Shown piece after piece: positions 1 to 11,882 of a stretch of DNA of 64,000 nucleotides. Position numbers and translations under genes: made by a program. Source of the stretch: Schmidtea nova. Taxonomy: Eukaryota. Under the pieces are notes generated by a model, which worked only from the letters and a program-made list of their open reading frames with translations, was not told where the DNA came from and did not search any database. Each line of letters starts with the position of its first letter. The first letter of the stretch is position 1. Where the stretch lies: assembly GCA_044892505.1 (NCBI GenBank), contig CM097882.1, forward strand, positions 196,974,001 to 197,038,000. The letters are read 5' to 3'.

Positions 1-1535
1 AATTGACCAACATGAAAAAAAATTCTAGGGGAGGTTGTAAAGGTTATATCAATATTGTTATTTTTATTATTGTTATTATGATTATTATTATCGCTTTTAT
101 TATTGAGGGCGTCCTGTTGGACACAGGGTGACCCCCTTTATTTTGTAATTTGTGTTCATTGTTTGTAATTTGAAAATTTAAAAATCAAAAAATCAATTAA
201 AAAACAATTACCTATGGCAATAAAAAATTATTACGAGTTAAAAGTTTTTAAATAATTAAAGAAAACAAGTTAAAGAAAATAAGGGGGAAAACAAGTTATT
301 CAAGTCAAAGTTACGTGAGTACCGGTTGTTTTTATTGTTATAAGTAAATAATAAACGTTGTAAAATGTTTTATTTGTTTTCGTTTAATTCATTGTTATAA
401 CAAATACACACGCATTTACTCACCTAAATAACAAGCACCCCCAACTGTCCGTAGATAGTAATTTTTAAAGGAAACTCTGTTGGGCCCTTCAATTTTCTAG
501 CACAACCATTCACTAAACAAAGAACATAATAATAGACATAGAAAAACATAGTACTAAACTCAACAAATACATAAGAGCAATATTCCATTAATAACCTAGC
601 CCTCCGTTGCCTTTTATAATTGGTGTCAGAAGCAAAAAACATCAAAAACTAACTCAACGATTTTTTTCAATCACTAGTTAATCAATAGTTATACATAGAA
701 CTATAAAGGATAGTGACACTTTTTGCTGAACACAGTAGCCATATCCTTAAAAGAAATATTAATTTTTTCATAACATATACAAAAAACATACAAATGAAAT
801 AAAACAAATTGCATCAAACAAAAACCAATTTACCTCGACCAACAATGAACAATTAAACTCAAAAATACCGCACAACGAGGAAAATACCCAAATACAAAGA
901 GAAAATAGCCATTATTATTTTAGCTCAGACAACTTACACAATAAACTCAGTAATTAACCCTAAATCGAACATACCAAACTACCGAATTTTGCATTTTACG
1001 GATGACTGTTGAAGTAATAATAATATGCCACGTTTACCAGGCATTAATAATACATTTACTGCTATGTAACAATAATAATAAAAATTGATTAAAAAAATTT
1101 TCAAATAATTATTAATTAATGATTTATGTATTTAAATTATAGAAAAATGATACCCATGACAAATTGGCAGAAAAGTTTCCAGAATTCAGCCGTGGAGAAA
1201 ACAGTTTCTCAGAGACAAAAAGATAGACTGTTACATTGTGGATAGAGACTACGAATGGATATCTCAGCGCCTTTTGAACTATCACGTTTTTTATTGCGCG
1301 CATTTGTCGGGTAACCATCTAAGAAGCTGTTGTTGTGTGAAAATAGGAGTAAAAGAATTAAAAATCGTAGACAATCAGCAAGCATTAATAACAATACCTG
1401 ATAACTGGCAAGTGTATATGCAAAGTTAATAACTCATTTCAAATAGAAGGGAAATCCCCCGACAAACAATCGAAACCTCTTATAAGCCCAAAAATCAAAA
1501 CGAATACAATTATATTTACAAAAATTGAATAAATT

Positions 1536-4500
1536 TTAAGTGCGGTCAAATCGAGCAATCACCCCACCGTCACACGCGCACAACAATATCTTAGCCTCGT
1601 TCGTAAACCGGGTCTGTCTAATTGTAACCGGAAGCCCGTTTTTGTTATTGATCATGAATTGCTGAGGCTTCAAATCAAAAATACTATTTCCCTCGGTGAT
1701 TTTCCTGTCTCGCAAATTCCACACATATATATAGCCCAACCGGTTGCCGAGCGCAAGAAGACCGCGCTTGACATCGATATCGAATCTGACATACCAAATA
1801 TCGCAGTCATCCAATTCAAACTGGTGGAGGATGCTCGGTTTGACGTCTTGGCCGATTTTAAATGTCGGCAACAGGCTGGAATTCAACGAGCCCGGCTTCC
1901 ATAACACAAGGTACCCTTCACAGGACTTCGAAAACACCAGCCCCCCAAACCAGCGGCCGCAATCGATGTAATTTCCATGGATTTTGTTGGAACTGAAATC
2001 GGGAAAATGCTGCAGAAACGTATCGAAAACCATTTCATTTTCATGGTGCAGATATTTACGAGATTTCGCAATCGAGTTTGTCAATCGAGAATCGTCTAAT
2101 TTCCAGATCTTGATTGTGTGATCCATTCCGCACGAGAGTAAAAACCGGCCGGCCATGTCAACATCGCCGTGAAGGATCTCGGATCTGTGGCCTTCTGAGC
2201 CACCAAAAATACAAACCAAAACACTATTCCAAACATTCCATAATCTGATAGTATAATCTGAAAGTTATTTTAAAATTTTACATTAATTTACATATAGCAG
2301 TATTTATTGGACTTTTTCTTGTAATATTTTCCCTTATGATCTATTAGTTCTCATTTATTTAGGGTGACCATTCGTCCCCGATCAATGCCGGTATTCTGTA
2401 TAGCTTACACATAGACTCAGTAAAAGGTGCGAGAACCGACTATTATTCGTTGTAATTTGATTTTGCGAGTATATCAACTATGTGCAATCTCTAGCGCACT
2501 CAAAACTTCAGTCACGAATCGTCTCCGGCATTAGACCAGGGATCAGCGGTTAGTATAATACGATCTATTGGCATCAGAACTGATGTCACATATAATTACT
2601 GATCTGGTTTCCAGACCGGTGATGTATGTTCGACCGCTCATGATTTTTATTAGAACCAATTGATGGTATATTCGGATACATTTATATTGATTCAATTGAT
2701 GAACTGGGATCGCAAGGAACCGGTAATCATGTATTGTCTAATTTTAATCAGAGTTATGAGACTTATAGACACTGTTCATTGATTCAGTTAAATGGTTATA
2801 CAATTAGTCAGTGCATCGTAATAATGATGAAAAATGCTGGGTGCATGTGATTAGACTTCGTGCACGCCATGCAGATAATGGGAGGGCCACATTATATAAC
2901 GGAACATGCCCCTATAATAATGAAATACACACTTATCATATAGTTATGTAATATGTTCTAATTCCGATAAATCCTTTGACATTAGGATGCCGAATCACTT
3001 AGTTTAGCTAATGTAAGGTTGTCCTTTTCCGAGCTGGTCCGATTTTAAGGCCGGCCACTAAATAGTCCTTCCGCATTATTTTCGTTTATTACCCCGAAAT
3101 CGGATGCAGGCTGAGTCGGATGTTTACATTCGGTGGGAACTATGGATCTCGAATTGCGAAATCTCGCCAATCCTTGTGTGATGAAGTACTTGTGAGTTAT
3201 CTGGTTAACTAAAGCGGAGAATGACTCCAGGTAACTAGTTTGTACTCTCTTTATCCTAGAGTTTCTATTCTAGCTCTATGTCCAGGAAAATGTCCCAAGA
3301 TTAGAGATTCGTATATTATCAAAATAAATTTAGTTTATGTGATATTTTCACATACAGATCGAATGATTTTCAGAGATTTATATTGAAAACATTGTAAACA
3401 AAAATTATTTTACATTATATATCGTCTTCGTATTCGGGCATCAACCAACTCCCCTAAACTTTCATTCATTATTTACTAGTTTGTGACTTTTATTCCTTAG
3501 CGACGATGTTTTTCTTTAAGTTAATCCTAAACACGTGTTCGAAAGTTTAGGCGACAAATTTTTTGTATTTTTCCCTTTCAGTCAGTCTTTTGACGTGAAG
3601 TTACGTGAAAGTGACAGAATTGATTGAATACCTGAACCTCCGGAAGTATAAACAAAAAATCGCAAATTCTTTATTCCGGTAAGTAAACTTGTTATGTTAA
3701 AACTTTACATTAACCTTTTAAATAAATTTAATTTTAAAATGAGAGATTTTCAGTCCAGTGACGGCTAATATTGGCAGAATTTGTTAACCCTTATCATCGT
3801 TCAATTGAATAAAAATATTTATTTCATGAATATCAAGTAAATTTAAATGTTTTAATATTTTTAAGTTTTTATTTGTATGTCACAGTAAAAGTACGAATTT
3901 CAGTAAATGTAAACATAATAATTATTTTAATCTTTTTTAAATGACGAACGTTCATGCTTCAAGATTAATGGAAATAATTTCAATGGTTAATTCAAGTAAT
4001 TAAGCAAAATTTAGTGTAATAATAATAATAATAATAATATCATAATTATCTTTTTTCACCTTTGATCTTTTTTTATTATTATTATCAATAATTCTCATAA
4101 TGACTATAGATCAAAATTTTTTTTTATAAACAATAACACAATAATTCGGCACAGCCTTTACCAAGCCTTTACACACTTGATAAAGGCTGTGCCGAATTAT
4201 TGTGTTATTGTTTATAAAAAAAATTTTGATCTATAGTCATNNNNNNNNNNNNNNNNNNNNNNNNNNNNNNNNNNNNNNNNNNNNNNNNNNNNNNNNNNNN
4301 NNNNNNNNNNNNNNNNNNNNNNNNNNNNNNNNNNNNNNNNNNNNNNNNNNNNNNNNNNNNNNNNNNNNNNNNNNNNNNNNNNNNNNNNNNNNNNNNNNNN
4401 NNNNNNNNNNNNNNNNNNNNNNNNNNNNNNNNNNNNNNNNNNNNNNNNNNNNNNNNNNNNNNNNNNNNNNNNNNNNNNNNNNNNNNNNNNNNNNNNNNNN

Positions 4501-6221
4501 NNNNNNNNNNNNNNNNNNNNNNNNNNNNNNNNNNNNNNNNNNNNNNNNNNNNNNNNNNNNNNNNNNNNNNNNNNNNNATATCAATAATTCCCATAAAGAA
4601 TGACTATTGATCAAAATTTCTTTAAATAAGTACACGATATTTCGGCACAGCCTTTATCACTTGATAAAGGCTGTGCCGAAATATCGTGTACTTATTTATA
4701 GAAATTTTGAACTATAGTCATTCTTTATGGGAATTATTGATATTAATAATAAAAAAAGATCAAAGGTGAAAAAAAGATAATTATGATAATAATAATAATA
4801 ATAATAATAATAAAATGGATATTAGAAGTGGCAAATGTCACAAAAGCTTGAGCCATTTTTGTTATTATATGAATAATTTACATAGAAATACAAAAAAGTC
4901 TTGCAAAGTTCGGGACATGTTCATTATTAAATCTGTGAAGCCTTTTGGTCTATGTTCTTAACTCGTATATCGTTTTACTTGTAATGGGTGTAATGCCACA
5001 TACATTTGAGAGACTATCTCTCATATTCTTTTATTGTGGCATAAATTTCGAATTTTTCAAAATAATTTTATTACTAACTAATAATAGACGAATTCAAATT
5101 TATATTTTTTGTAACGTAGTAAAACCATCTTGAAAATCTAGATTTAAAGAAAACAATTAAAGAATTCATTAAAGAATTGGGTTACCATTCGTCGCGGATC
5201 CTGTGGGACAGTGCCGGATTCTATTAATAATAATTACCCCCCGCCCCCGACAGATATCCCGGATTGTACTCAAGAAGAGGTGTTTATTCTTACAAAAATG
5301 TAAAGAAATCAAAGCAGGCTTTCATAGGTCATCAAAACTTATATAATATGAAGTAATTTACATTATCGAGTTAAAGATAGCATAATACCGGAAGATAGAG
5401 CATTGTCACGCGTTTCAAGTGATGATATTTTAATTACTCGTGTTTGGGAATAAAATAATATTTGATATTCGGTTATCAATATAATCCTTAATTTTAATTG
5501 GTTGATATTTTAATATCAACTTTCAGAAATTATAAAGAAATAACAATCAATAAATACCTTTGCTAAATGAAAATAATAAATCTGGATAAAGAGGATGAAA
5601 TATGATCTCATTAATTGATTGACCATGACCGCCTAAATTGAAGATAACACCACCCATATTAGGACTGATAATTCGAATAATTCCCTTTTTCCCGGCACAT
5701 GCAACGATTTGTTGGCTTGCAGTGCAACTTTCCAAGTACGATTCAAACATTTCATTTCTATAATTTTCATTTCTATTTTGATAGGGGACATAATAAGACC
5801 ACGCACAGCAATAGAACTCTTCATTTGGGTCGGAATCTTTATATGCGTGAAGAAATTTGATATTGTTTATAGCAGTGTCAATAAGACATTCATAAAAAGT
5901 AACATTTTGGCCGCCAACTGAAACAAATAAAATTGGATCAGACTTATTTTTACGAATACGATCATTGACAGATATTCCAAAAATAGAATTGTTGTGGCTC
6001 TCTTTGATTAAAGCAGTTTGCTTAAAATTCAGTTGACTTGAGTTTAGCAAACTATCCGATAAACTTTTAGAGGAATTTGAACAACTTTCCTTATCTAATT
6101 CTAAATTTACCAGTCCCTTACGTTTTGCTTTGATTAATCTGGATTTTTTGTTAATTTGACATTTATATTAAATGTATGATTACTTGCGTTTTGTATCTAT
6201 TTTATTTTCTTCTTTAGACAT
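1536..6221 (-). CDS. EED: Polycomb protein EED/ESC (WD40 subunit of PRC2), 3 exons: 6221-6184, 6138-5558, 2257-1536 (~446 aa)
   Basis: Diagnostic EED motifs HNNSIFG, DPNEEFYCCAWSY, GHGQSINEI, KDYTIRLWNV..IFGGSEGHRSEIL, SCGMDHTIKIW, IHGNYIDC, CDIWYVRF. GT-AG introns of 45 nt (6139-6183) and 3300 nt (2258-5557) join all exons in frame (38+581+722 = 1341 nt). Confidence 0.93.
4030..4810. repeat. Two head-to-head foldback (palindromic) copies of a Penelope-like element 3' end, inside EED intron 2, separated by an N gap
   Basis: Arms of 4030-4240 and 4578-4800 are reverse complements about centres ~4168 and ~4660. The sequence matches 51560-51690, the tail of the Penelope element (ttgataaaggctgtgccgaa...gatcaaaggtgaaaaa). 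Confidence 0.85.
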
Positions 6222-8076
6222 TAAATATTTATAAAAATAACAATTAAGTAACTTAAATTATAAAAATTGTTAATGAAAATTAAAACAAAAGTATAAGTGC
6301 ATAATTTGAAAATAATTTTTAAAAATATTATTTAAACTATATAAAAACTTATATATTTAAGATTTTTATTTTCAAATTATTTTAAAAAGTATTTTAAAAT
6401 AGAGAGATTTTAATATCTTACAAGGTTTTCAATATAAAAAACATTGTTAAGTTGTTTTAATCAATCGATAACACATAGATGCACAAATATCAAGTTTGAA
6501 TTACAAATACTTCACTCTAATTCGGTAATACAAATTTTAATTTCCCTTGAAACTTTTAAAAATATTTTATTTTATTAAGTTTAATTAATATTAATTAAAA
6601 CGTAACAAGTATGTCGTAAAAGTGACGTAAAATTTATATTGAGAAAGATGAATACAATTTATGGTTATTAAGTTGTAAGTTATTAATTAAAAAAGGCAAT
6701 TTTTGGTATTCAGATATATAAATTTATGTACTGTTATGGCTACACCTGGTATAAAATTTGAAATATATTGGAAAAAAACTAAATCCAAAGTATTTATTTA
6801 TTCAGTAGTAATACAAGCAAGTCTCACAGTGCACGCCTGGTTGAAGAGATGCTTTTCTTTCTAGTCACAAAATAATCTATCTCGATACGCTATGACAGCT
6901 TTTTCTCCATCTCCTTTTGTTTGACTCATAATGATCTCGATTGCTTAAAATCTGACATGATTGTTTTAGATAAATTTTATTCCTCTTTTTAGAAAATCTA
7001 AAATATGATAATCGTACAAATTTATTTTTAATCTTTCGAAACTTTCGAAACTTTATAAAATTTCCCTAAAATATCATTAGAGTAGGCACACAATTAAAAA
7101 AACACATAATATTAAAATAAAACAAAAACGCAAAAAGTAAACACGTGATTTTTATTTTAAAAAACGTGCAAAACCCTAAAAAATATTAATGTAATGAGTT
7201 GGATTTTTTGCAGCTATATAGTCTCTAGCCTATTTCTCAGCTCAAAAGCTTTCTCCCTCCACTTGAAACCCGTTTCTTAGCAACATTGGTACTGTGAAGT
7301 AGATGAATATGTTTGCACAAGGTAAGATGCGTATCCGTGACTGCTAATAGACTAGCAATTCATTGGATTTAAGTACCGCGGATAAAAAGTAATGGTACTT
7401 TTATCTTTTAGGTTCAATCATATTATATTCCATCACCGTTTATAACTATTTTCTATAATCATTTAACATTAATATATTAATGTTTACATTTTCCTCGTAA
7501 CCTTCAGACTAAATTAATTCTCTATGAATTCAGTTACTTATTCCCGACAATCAAACATAACAAACAAAATTTAAACAAGATGATAAATGCAATAACATTT
7601 ATCTGTCTTCTATCACATGTACCATTTCAAATTCTTATCTGGCCTGTGACCCGTGCGAGATTCCGTAGTTGTTTCCTTTTCCGCTCGGCTCTTCTTTGTG
7701 CTGGGTTCATGTAGGGGTTAGATCAGAATTTCCAATAGGTACTAGGGATACCCCGTCCATGATCATACATAAATGTTTTCTATCTCACTCGAGTGCCCTT
7801 GACTACCTCCCTATATAGCCAATTTGGTGATGCGCAAGGTGATTGAACAATCATGGGCAGGTGAGCTTTATTGCTAGAATGACTCCCCATTTATGTTCAC
7901 AGGTTTTGGCTGCCTTTAGAAGGGCTTACGCAATTTTATTTATTACAAACAAAACGCCTATGTATTCGATTTCTGTCTCTATGTTTCTTACAAATCTGAT
8001 TTAAGTTAATTATTATTAATTACATAAAACGAAACGAAACAGAGAAAAACGACAATTGTCACTATCCGAAATATTT

Positions 8077-8676
8077 TTATTTTCCGCAAAAATTTAAGAA
8101 ATTTCCGTCGGGAAGAAATATTTCTGCTAACAGATCCACTTCTGACATCTCCGTCATGCTATCGACCTGGGCTTGCAACTGTTGGGCGAACATTCGCTGT
8201 TGTCGACGGCGTTTCGACCCAATCCTTTTTCTTTTCTTTGCAGGATTGGCGACTGGGGCGGGAATTACCACTGGCATGGGACTTGTGATTTGTAGTGACT
8301 CCAATCCACCCACATCAGTCCCTACGGAACATGCAGTCTTCCCTTCAGCTACCCAAGTGCTGAAACGTAATTGGCCGGATTTGGTTTCTCAGTTCCTTTT
8401 CTATGAACGAGGTTGTCACAGAGGGGAGGCACTTCCGCAACTCCATCTTCGTTGCCTCCCACTCCACGCGATATTTGTCGGCCGTTCTTTGGGCTCTTTC
8501 GGTGCGGGCTAGTTGCTCCTTCATTCTCGCTGGAGCAAACCAGCTCTTCCGCAAATACTGCACTTGTGCCTCCCATTTAGACAGTTGGGCCTTGATCAGT
8601 GCCAACTCCTTTTCCAGGATTCGCCTAATCCCCAGGCTTAATCGATCTCATTTTGGTATTTTGTCTCTGGATTCAT
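8077..8676 (-). pseudogene. Disrupted orphan coiled-coil/basic ORF of the TG...CA element (paralog of 48411-49007)
   Basis: ORF-track pieces 8345-8605 and 8077-8313 align with 48411-49007 (WFAPARMKEQ, KRKRIGSKRRRQ). ATG at 8676, one in-frame stop and two frameshifts. Confidence 0.75.
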
Positions 8677-10595
8677 ACTGTAAAGTAAATGCAGCGGATT
8701 AGTAAATCTTCTACTGTGAGTTATTTTATATAGTGACAAAACTACAATTCGTATCAATTACGAAAAACAACAAAAAGAAATAAGCAAGACTCATATATAA
8801 TTCCCTTAAAAAATGGTTTATTAACTCGTCATCACACAATCGTTCGGATACAATGTTCAATTTTGTTTCCATACACGGAACAATATGTAGGCCTTGGTTT
8901 ATTGGAGCTTGACGAATAAGAGCTAGTGAGAATTCAAGCGTGGGGCTTCTTCGGACGGGTCGTGGTGAGGTTCATTGATTCAGCCCCAGTTTGAATTGTT
9001 CGTATTGAGGGATATGTCCCGAATGGATCATCTTCGTGGGGTTTCGATCTGGGCCATTTATGACTATTACGAGCAAGCCAAATGTTGGAGAATGTCCTTT
9101 GTTGGAAATTGGCAATCCTGGGCCTCCGCGGTATAATATTCGGTCTCGACCGGTGTTCCAAATGGAGAACGGGCACTTTTTCCCCAATTCCCTCCTCCAT
9201 TTATACATCAAAATGTTAACTGTTCTCATGATTTAGTGTGGCAAGTCTGTTAGCTCTCGTTCCTTTTTAGACGCTGCCGTGTTGGCTGCCGTTGCCGAGT
9301 TACATTGGGTTGATATCAATTGTTCTAAGGATATATGCTCCATCTAGATTATTCTATCAAACATTCTTTATATTAAAAGGCTTAATTAATCGCCAAATCT
9401 AGGATACATATGACGAGACAAAAAAAAAATTCATATTAAGTTAACCCCGGTGTCGGAAATACAACAAAAAATTAATACTATTTCGAATATCGACACTGTC
9501 GCTATGTACAGCGTTCAGGATAAATTAAAATTAGCACTTCGTATTTACCTGCGCTATTTACAGCGATCAGGTTTACAATGTTATCGAAAAAATTGTTACA
9601 ATTAACCCGGCATCTAACCGAATCAGCTGGTTTACGTGTGGACAGCATTTCTTCATTATTTGTTCCGACTACTTAGCCAAAATTATCACTGAAGTTAACA
9701 TGATCGAGATTCTGTTTTATGACAGACATATGTAGTTTATTTTATTTTGTCGTGATGTGTCTACTCTTTGCTAACTGTGCGCAAAGCTGGTGGACCAGTG
9801 TGTCAGGATGTATTGCCTATAATAGCTGCCTGATTTACCTGACTACTGGTAATTGATTGTACTGTTTGTTGAATTGTTACAAAAATTTCGTGATTTGTGG
9901 TGGATCGATTCAATGATGATGGAATATTCTAACTATGTAATTGTTAAAAATAGTTCTATCGAACACATCGTGCCGACTCCCAAAAATCCCGCTGTGAGAA
10001 AAGTTATTGGTGAATTTTAAGCAACCATGCCCTAGGTGCAACACCGAGTTAATTATAGTTTCTTTAATTTACTGTCTACGACAATCATATAACATTTCGT
10101 TCAAACAACTTTCCACACTCGCCCTCTCGTCTATAAGCATCTGGAATATCTGTTCCGTGGCATAACGATAACCTATGAGCAACCCCGATATACGATTTAA
10201 TAACCTCCTAACATTTAAGCTAAAATCCTGGAAAAAAATAAAATCCCTTTTTTGTTTGCTACCCACTCACCATTCTGTGGAATTGTGAAGTCCCACAATA
10301 ACGGCTGGCTCCCTCGCAGCGTGAGCTACGGAGGAAGCATATTTATTGAAACATTAAATACAATAAATAAATCAGATCAAAAGAAAACATATATTAATAT
10401 AACATCAAAATAATAAAATCATGGGAACATTGAAACAATATAAAAATTTTACTTTTCTTTCCAAGAGTGAAAAAACTTGCTAATAAGTATCAATATGATC
10501 AAACTTTAAAAAACAGTTTAGTCGTTCTTTAAGTATCTCAAAATTGAAAAATTAAGTTTTTAAGTCTCACAACTAAGTCTGAATTTGTGATTTTC

Positions 10596-10662
10596 GGATC
10601 GGTATTTATACTGATCCAGTTGGTCAGATTGACCAATCAGGATCAGGCCGTCCATCAAAGTA
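10596..10662 (-). promoter_or_regulatory. CCAAT + GGTCAnnnTGACC + TATA promoter cassette of element copy A
   Basis: 67 nt identical to the reverse complement of 47273-47339. Contains ATTGG, GGTCAATCTGACC and TATAAATA on the minus strand. Confidence 0.6.
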
Positions 10663-11048
10663 TGTCACTCATTTTTCTTTATTCTAAATAATATTTTATT
10701 TCCGTTTAAGATTTCTCATTGGGTGGTCGTGATTTTCCAAGTAATTATTCAATTACTTGGACTTTTATTTTTTATTAATTTATAATTTTCGGTTTCAGGC
10801 CACCTGCTGGTTGCTCTGTTGCAAAATATGTTAATTCTTTTCTACTGGTAATTTATTTATTGTTAATTATTTATTTATTTCTATTCTTTTTCCTAGATTG
10901 CTATGTTTTGGTAAATTATTTTTATTATTTTTTGTTTTAATTGTCGTATCATTTTCTCCGTTTTTAGGCTATTTGGTGGGCCCAACACTTGCTTTATTTT
11001 TGTTTTTTATTCACCTTTTCTATTTCAGCAACTGGCACATACATTCTA

Positions 11049-11350
11049 CTAGGAAAACATGCCTGTTCCTGATAAGTTAATGACTGTATTGCGCTTGAGA
11101 GGGTATCCTGCATGACTTTTTTTATTCAGTTGGCATTGACTCTTATTGAGCTTGATTTTAAGAGCGCTATTCTTGAAAGCATCACGATTCATTTCTTTTT
11201 TTAATGCATCTATTTGTCTCTTAGAGTATGACATCTTTTCAGGCAAAAACCACGTGTTTTCTTTTTTTCGACATCTGTGGAGAATATTAACGAATATTCG
11301 CTCCGCTTCATGCTTTTGTTGGGTCGCTTCTTTTAGTGCGTTTCTCAGCT
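11049..11350 (-). pseudogene. Distant paralog of the element ORF (WFLPEKM motif), whose basic C-terminus is displaced to ~7600-7695 by element A
   Basis: Extended frame ELRNALKEATQQKHEAERIF...KENTWFLPEKMSYSKRQIDALKKEMNRDAFKNSALKIKL resembles ...TSWFAPARMKEQ...ATKIEL. RRAERKRKQLRNLARV lies just beyond element A. Confidence 0.45.
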
Positions 11351-11570
11351 CTCATTTTAAAACATATATTTTTAAGATAATAGGTCATCAATTACTCTTC
11401 TTATTTATCAAAATGAAATTTGTATCAGTAATCGTCTATTAAACACCTAAATTATTGACACTTTTAAGAATTACGAAATTAAACAAAACAAGAAACATAA
11501 AAAGGTTACAAAATTTTATTGCCAAAAAGTAAAGAGTTCAAGATGATTGAATTTGCATGGTGCTTGTTAT

Positions 11571-11882
11571 TCATAAGCTGCCGTCGCTACTAACCAATCG
11601 AAGTGATCTTCGGGACCACTGTCTCTGGTTATATTTTTCTCGGATTTTCTTATTCAGTTCCTTTTGGCGTTGTCGAAGGCGCGCTCGTTTTCCAGGTTTA
11701 TTCCTTAGCTTTGTTGGGTTTCTTTCTATGGGTATGAGTGATTCTAATAAAGTGTCTTGATGTTGTATTTCTCGTTTGGAAATGATGAGCTTGTTTGACA
11801 TCCGTTGATTTCTGGAATTGATCCTCCGTTCCTGCTTAGGAATCACAATTTTTGGAGTGGAGTGTAACTGGTATAGCTCCAA
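11571..11882 (-). CDS. Orphan Arg/Lys-rich ORF (TTG start in track; no ATG seen)
   Basis: 103-codon open frame with KPGKRARLRQRQKELNKK. No recognisable domain. Confidence 0.25.
   Translation of the reverse strand: MELYQLHSTPKIVIPKQERRINSRNQRMSNKLIISKREIQHQDTLLESLIPIERNPTKLRNKPGKRARLRQRQKELNKKIREKYNQRQWSRRSLRLVSSDGSL

Larger units (their letters stand above)
7699..10987 (-). mobile_element. Unclassified TG...CA element, copy A (3289 bp; solo-LTR-like or non-autonomous), homologous to 46946-49482
   Basis: Termini tgctgggttc...gggcccaaca, flanks tttg/cttg (4-bp TSD with 1 mismatch). Shares termini, promoter block, structured blocks and ORF with copy B. Confidence 0.75.

Noticed and set aside
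1-1071. Possible solo LTR on the minus strand starting TGTTACA at 1071
   Set aside because: Other end, TSD and internal domains are not visible within the window.
1124-1429. Short ORFs downstream of EED
   Set aside because: No recognisable motifs or consistent splice structure.
4202-4635. ORF-track entries spanning N runs (also 26749-27237, 38503-38769, 43285-43674, 60123-60658)
   Set aside because: They are open only because of assembly gaps and carry no coding evidence.
9890-10020. HNH-type nuclease remnant in element A (SSIEHIVP)
   Set aside because: No downstream N/H residues, short frame, and not evident in copy B.
10262-10337. HDV-like ribozyme on the plus strand (GCU-CCCUCGC-AGC resembles HDV P3/L3)
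   Set aside because: No P2 3' partner, no conserved GG for P1.1 in copy B and no J4/2 motif. Pairings work better on the opposite strand.
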